64,000 nt of DNA, from assembly GCF_037042905.1 (NCBI RefSeq), contig NC_087251.1:18788001-18852000 (forward strand), written 5' to 3'. This DNA is from Lytechinus pictus. Taxonomy: Eukaryota. Below the pieces are notes generated by a model that ran no database searches, had not been told where the DNA came from, and was given only the letters and a program-made list of their open reading frames with translations. Shown piece after piece: positions 63,826-64,000 of the stretch; position 1 is the stretch's first letter; each line of letters opens with the position of its first letter. Both the position numbers and the translations under genes were made by a program.

Positions 63826-64000
63826 TCATGGAGTATCGGATTTTAGAGATCAATCATGGCAATTGTACTGATCGCAGAAAAAAATTTAATAGTTCAAAAA
63901 TTCTTGCGATCAGGTACCCATTTACCTCACCTTGGTTGAGTCATGGACCTATGAAAAGATGGACGATTAACACGAGCATTTCTTTGATCCAATGATAGTC

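Overview
AT-rich metazoan genomic DNA. The repeat families and abundant TAGGCCTA/TACATGTA words suggest an invertebrate deuterostome such as a sea urchin (inference). Three spliced genes were assembled by hand from splice signals and frame continuity. (1) The 5' part of an SLC35A-family (senju-like) nucleotide-sugar transporter on the minus strand, running off the window start. (2) A complete CHP1 (5 exons, 191 aa) placed head-to-head with it. (3) A complete RNF8 (FHA + long coiled coil + RING, 8 exons, about 642 aa) with an 18.6-kb first intron and an acidic, SIM-like C-terminal exon that vertebrate RNF8 lacks. Introns and intergenic DNA are packed with non-autonomous DNA transposons that still show TIRs and 4, 5, 6, 8-bp or TTAA target-site duplications. 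They also hold a HINE-like element, a 5'-truncated CR1-group LINE, an L2 3' end and tRNA-derived SINEs. The most notable items are two near-identical copies of a short element carrying a variant-core minimal hammerhead ribozyme, a 465-bp direct-repeat composite element with permuted flanks, and the RNF8 tail with a possible short isoform. Transposon superfamily labels rest on termini and TSD length only. Most short ORFs in the track are low-complexity or repeat artefacts.
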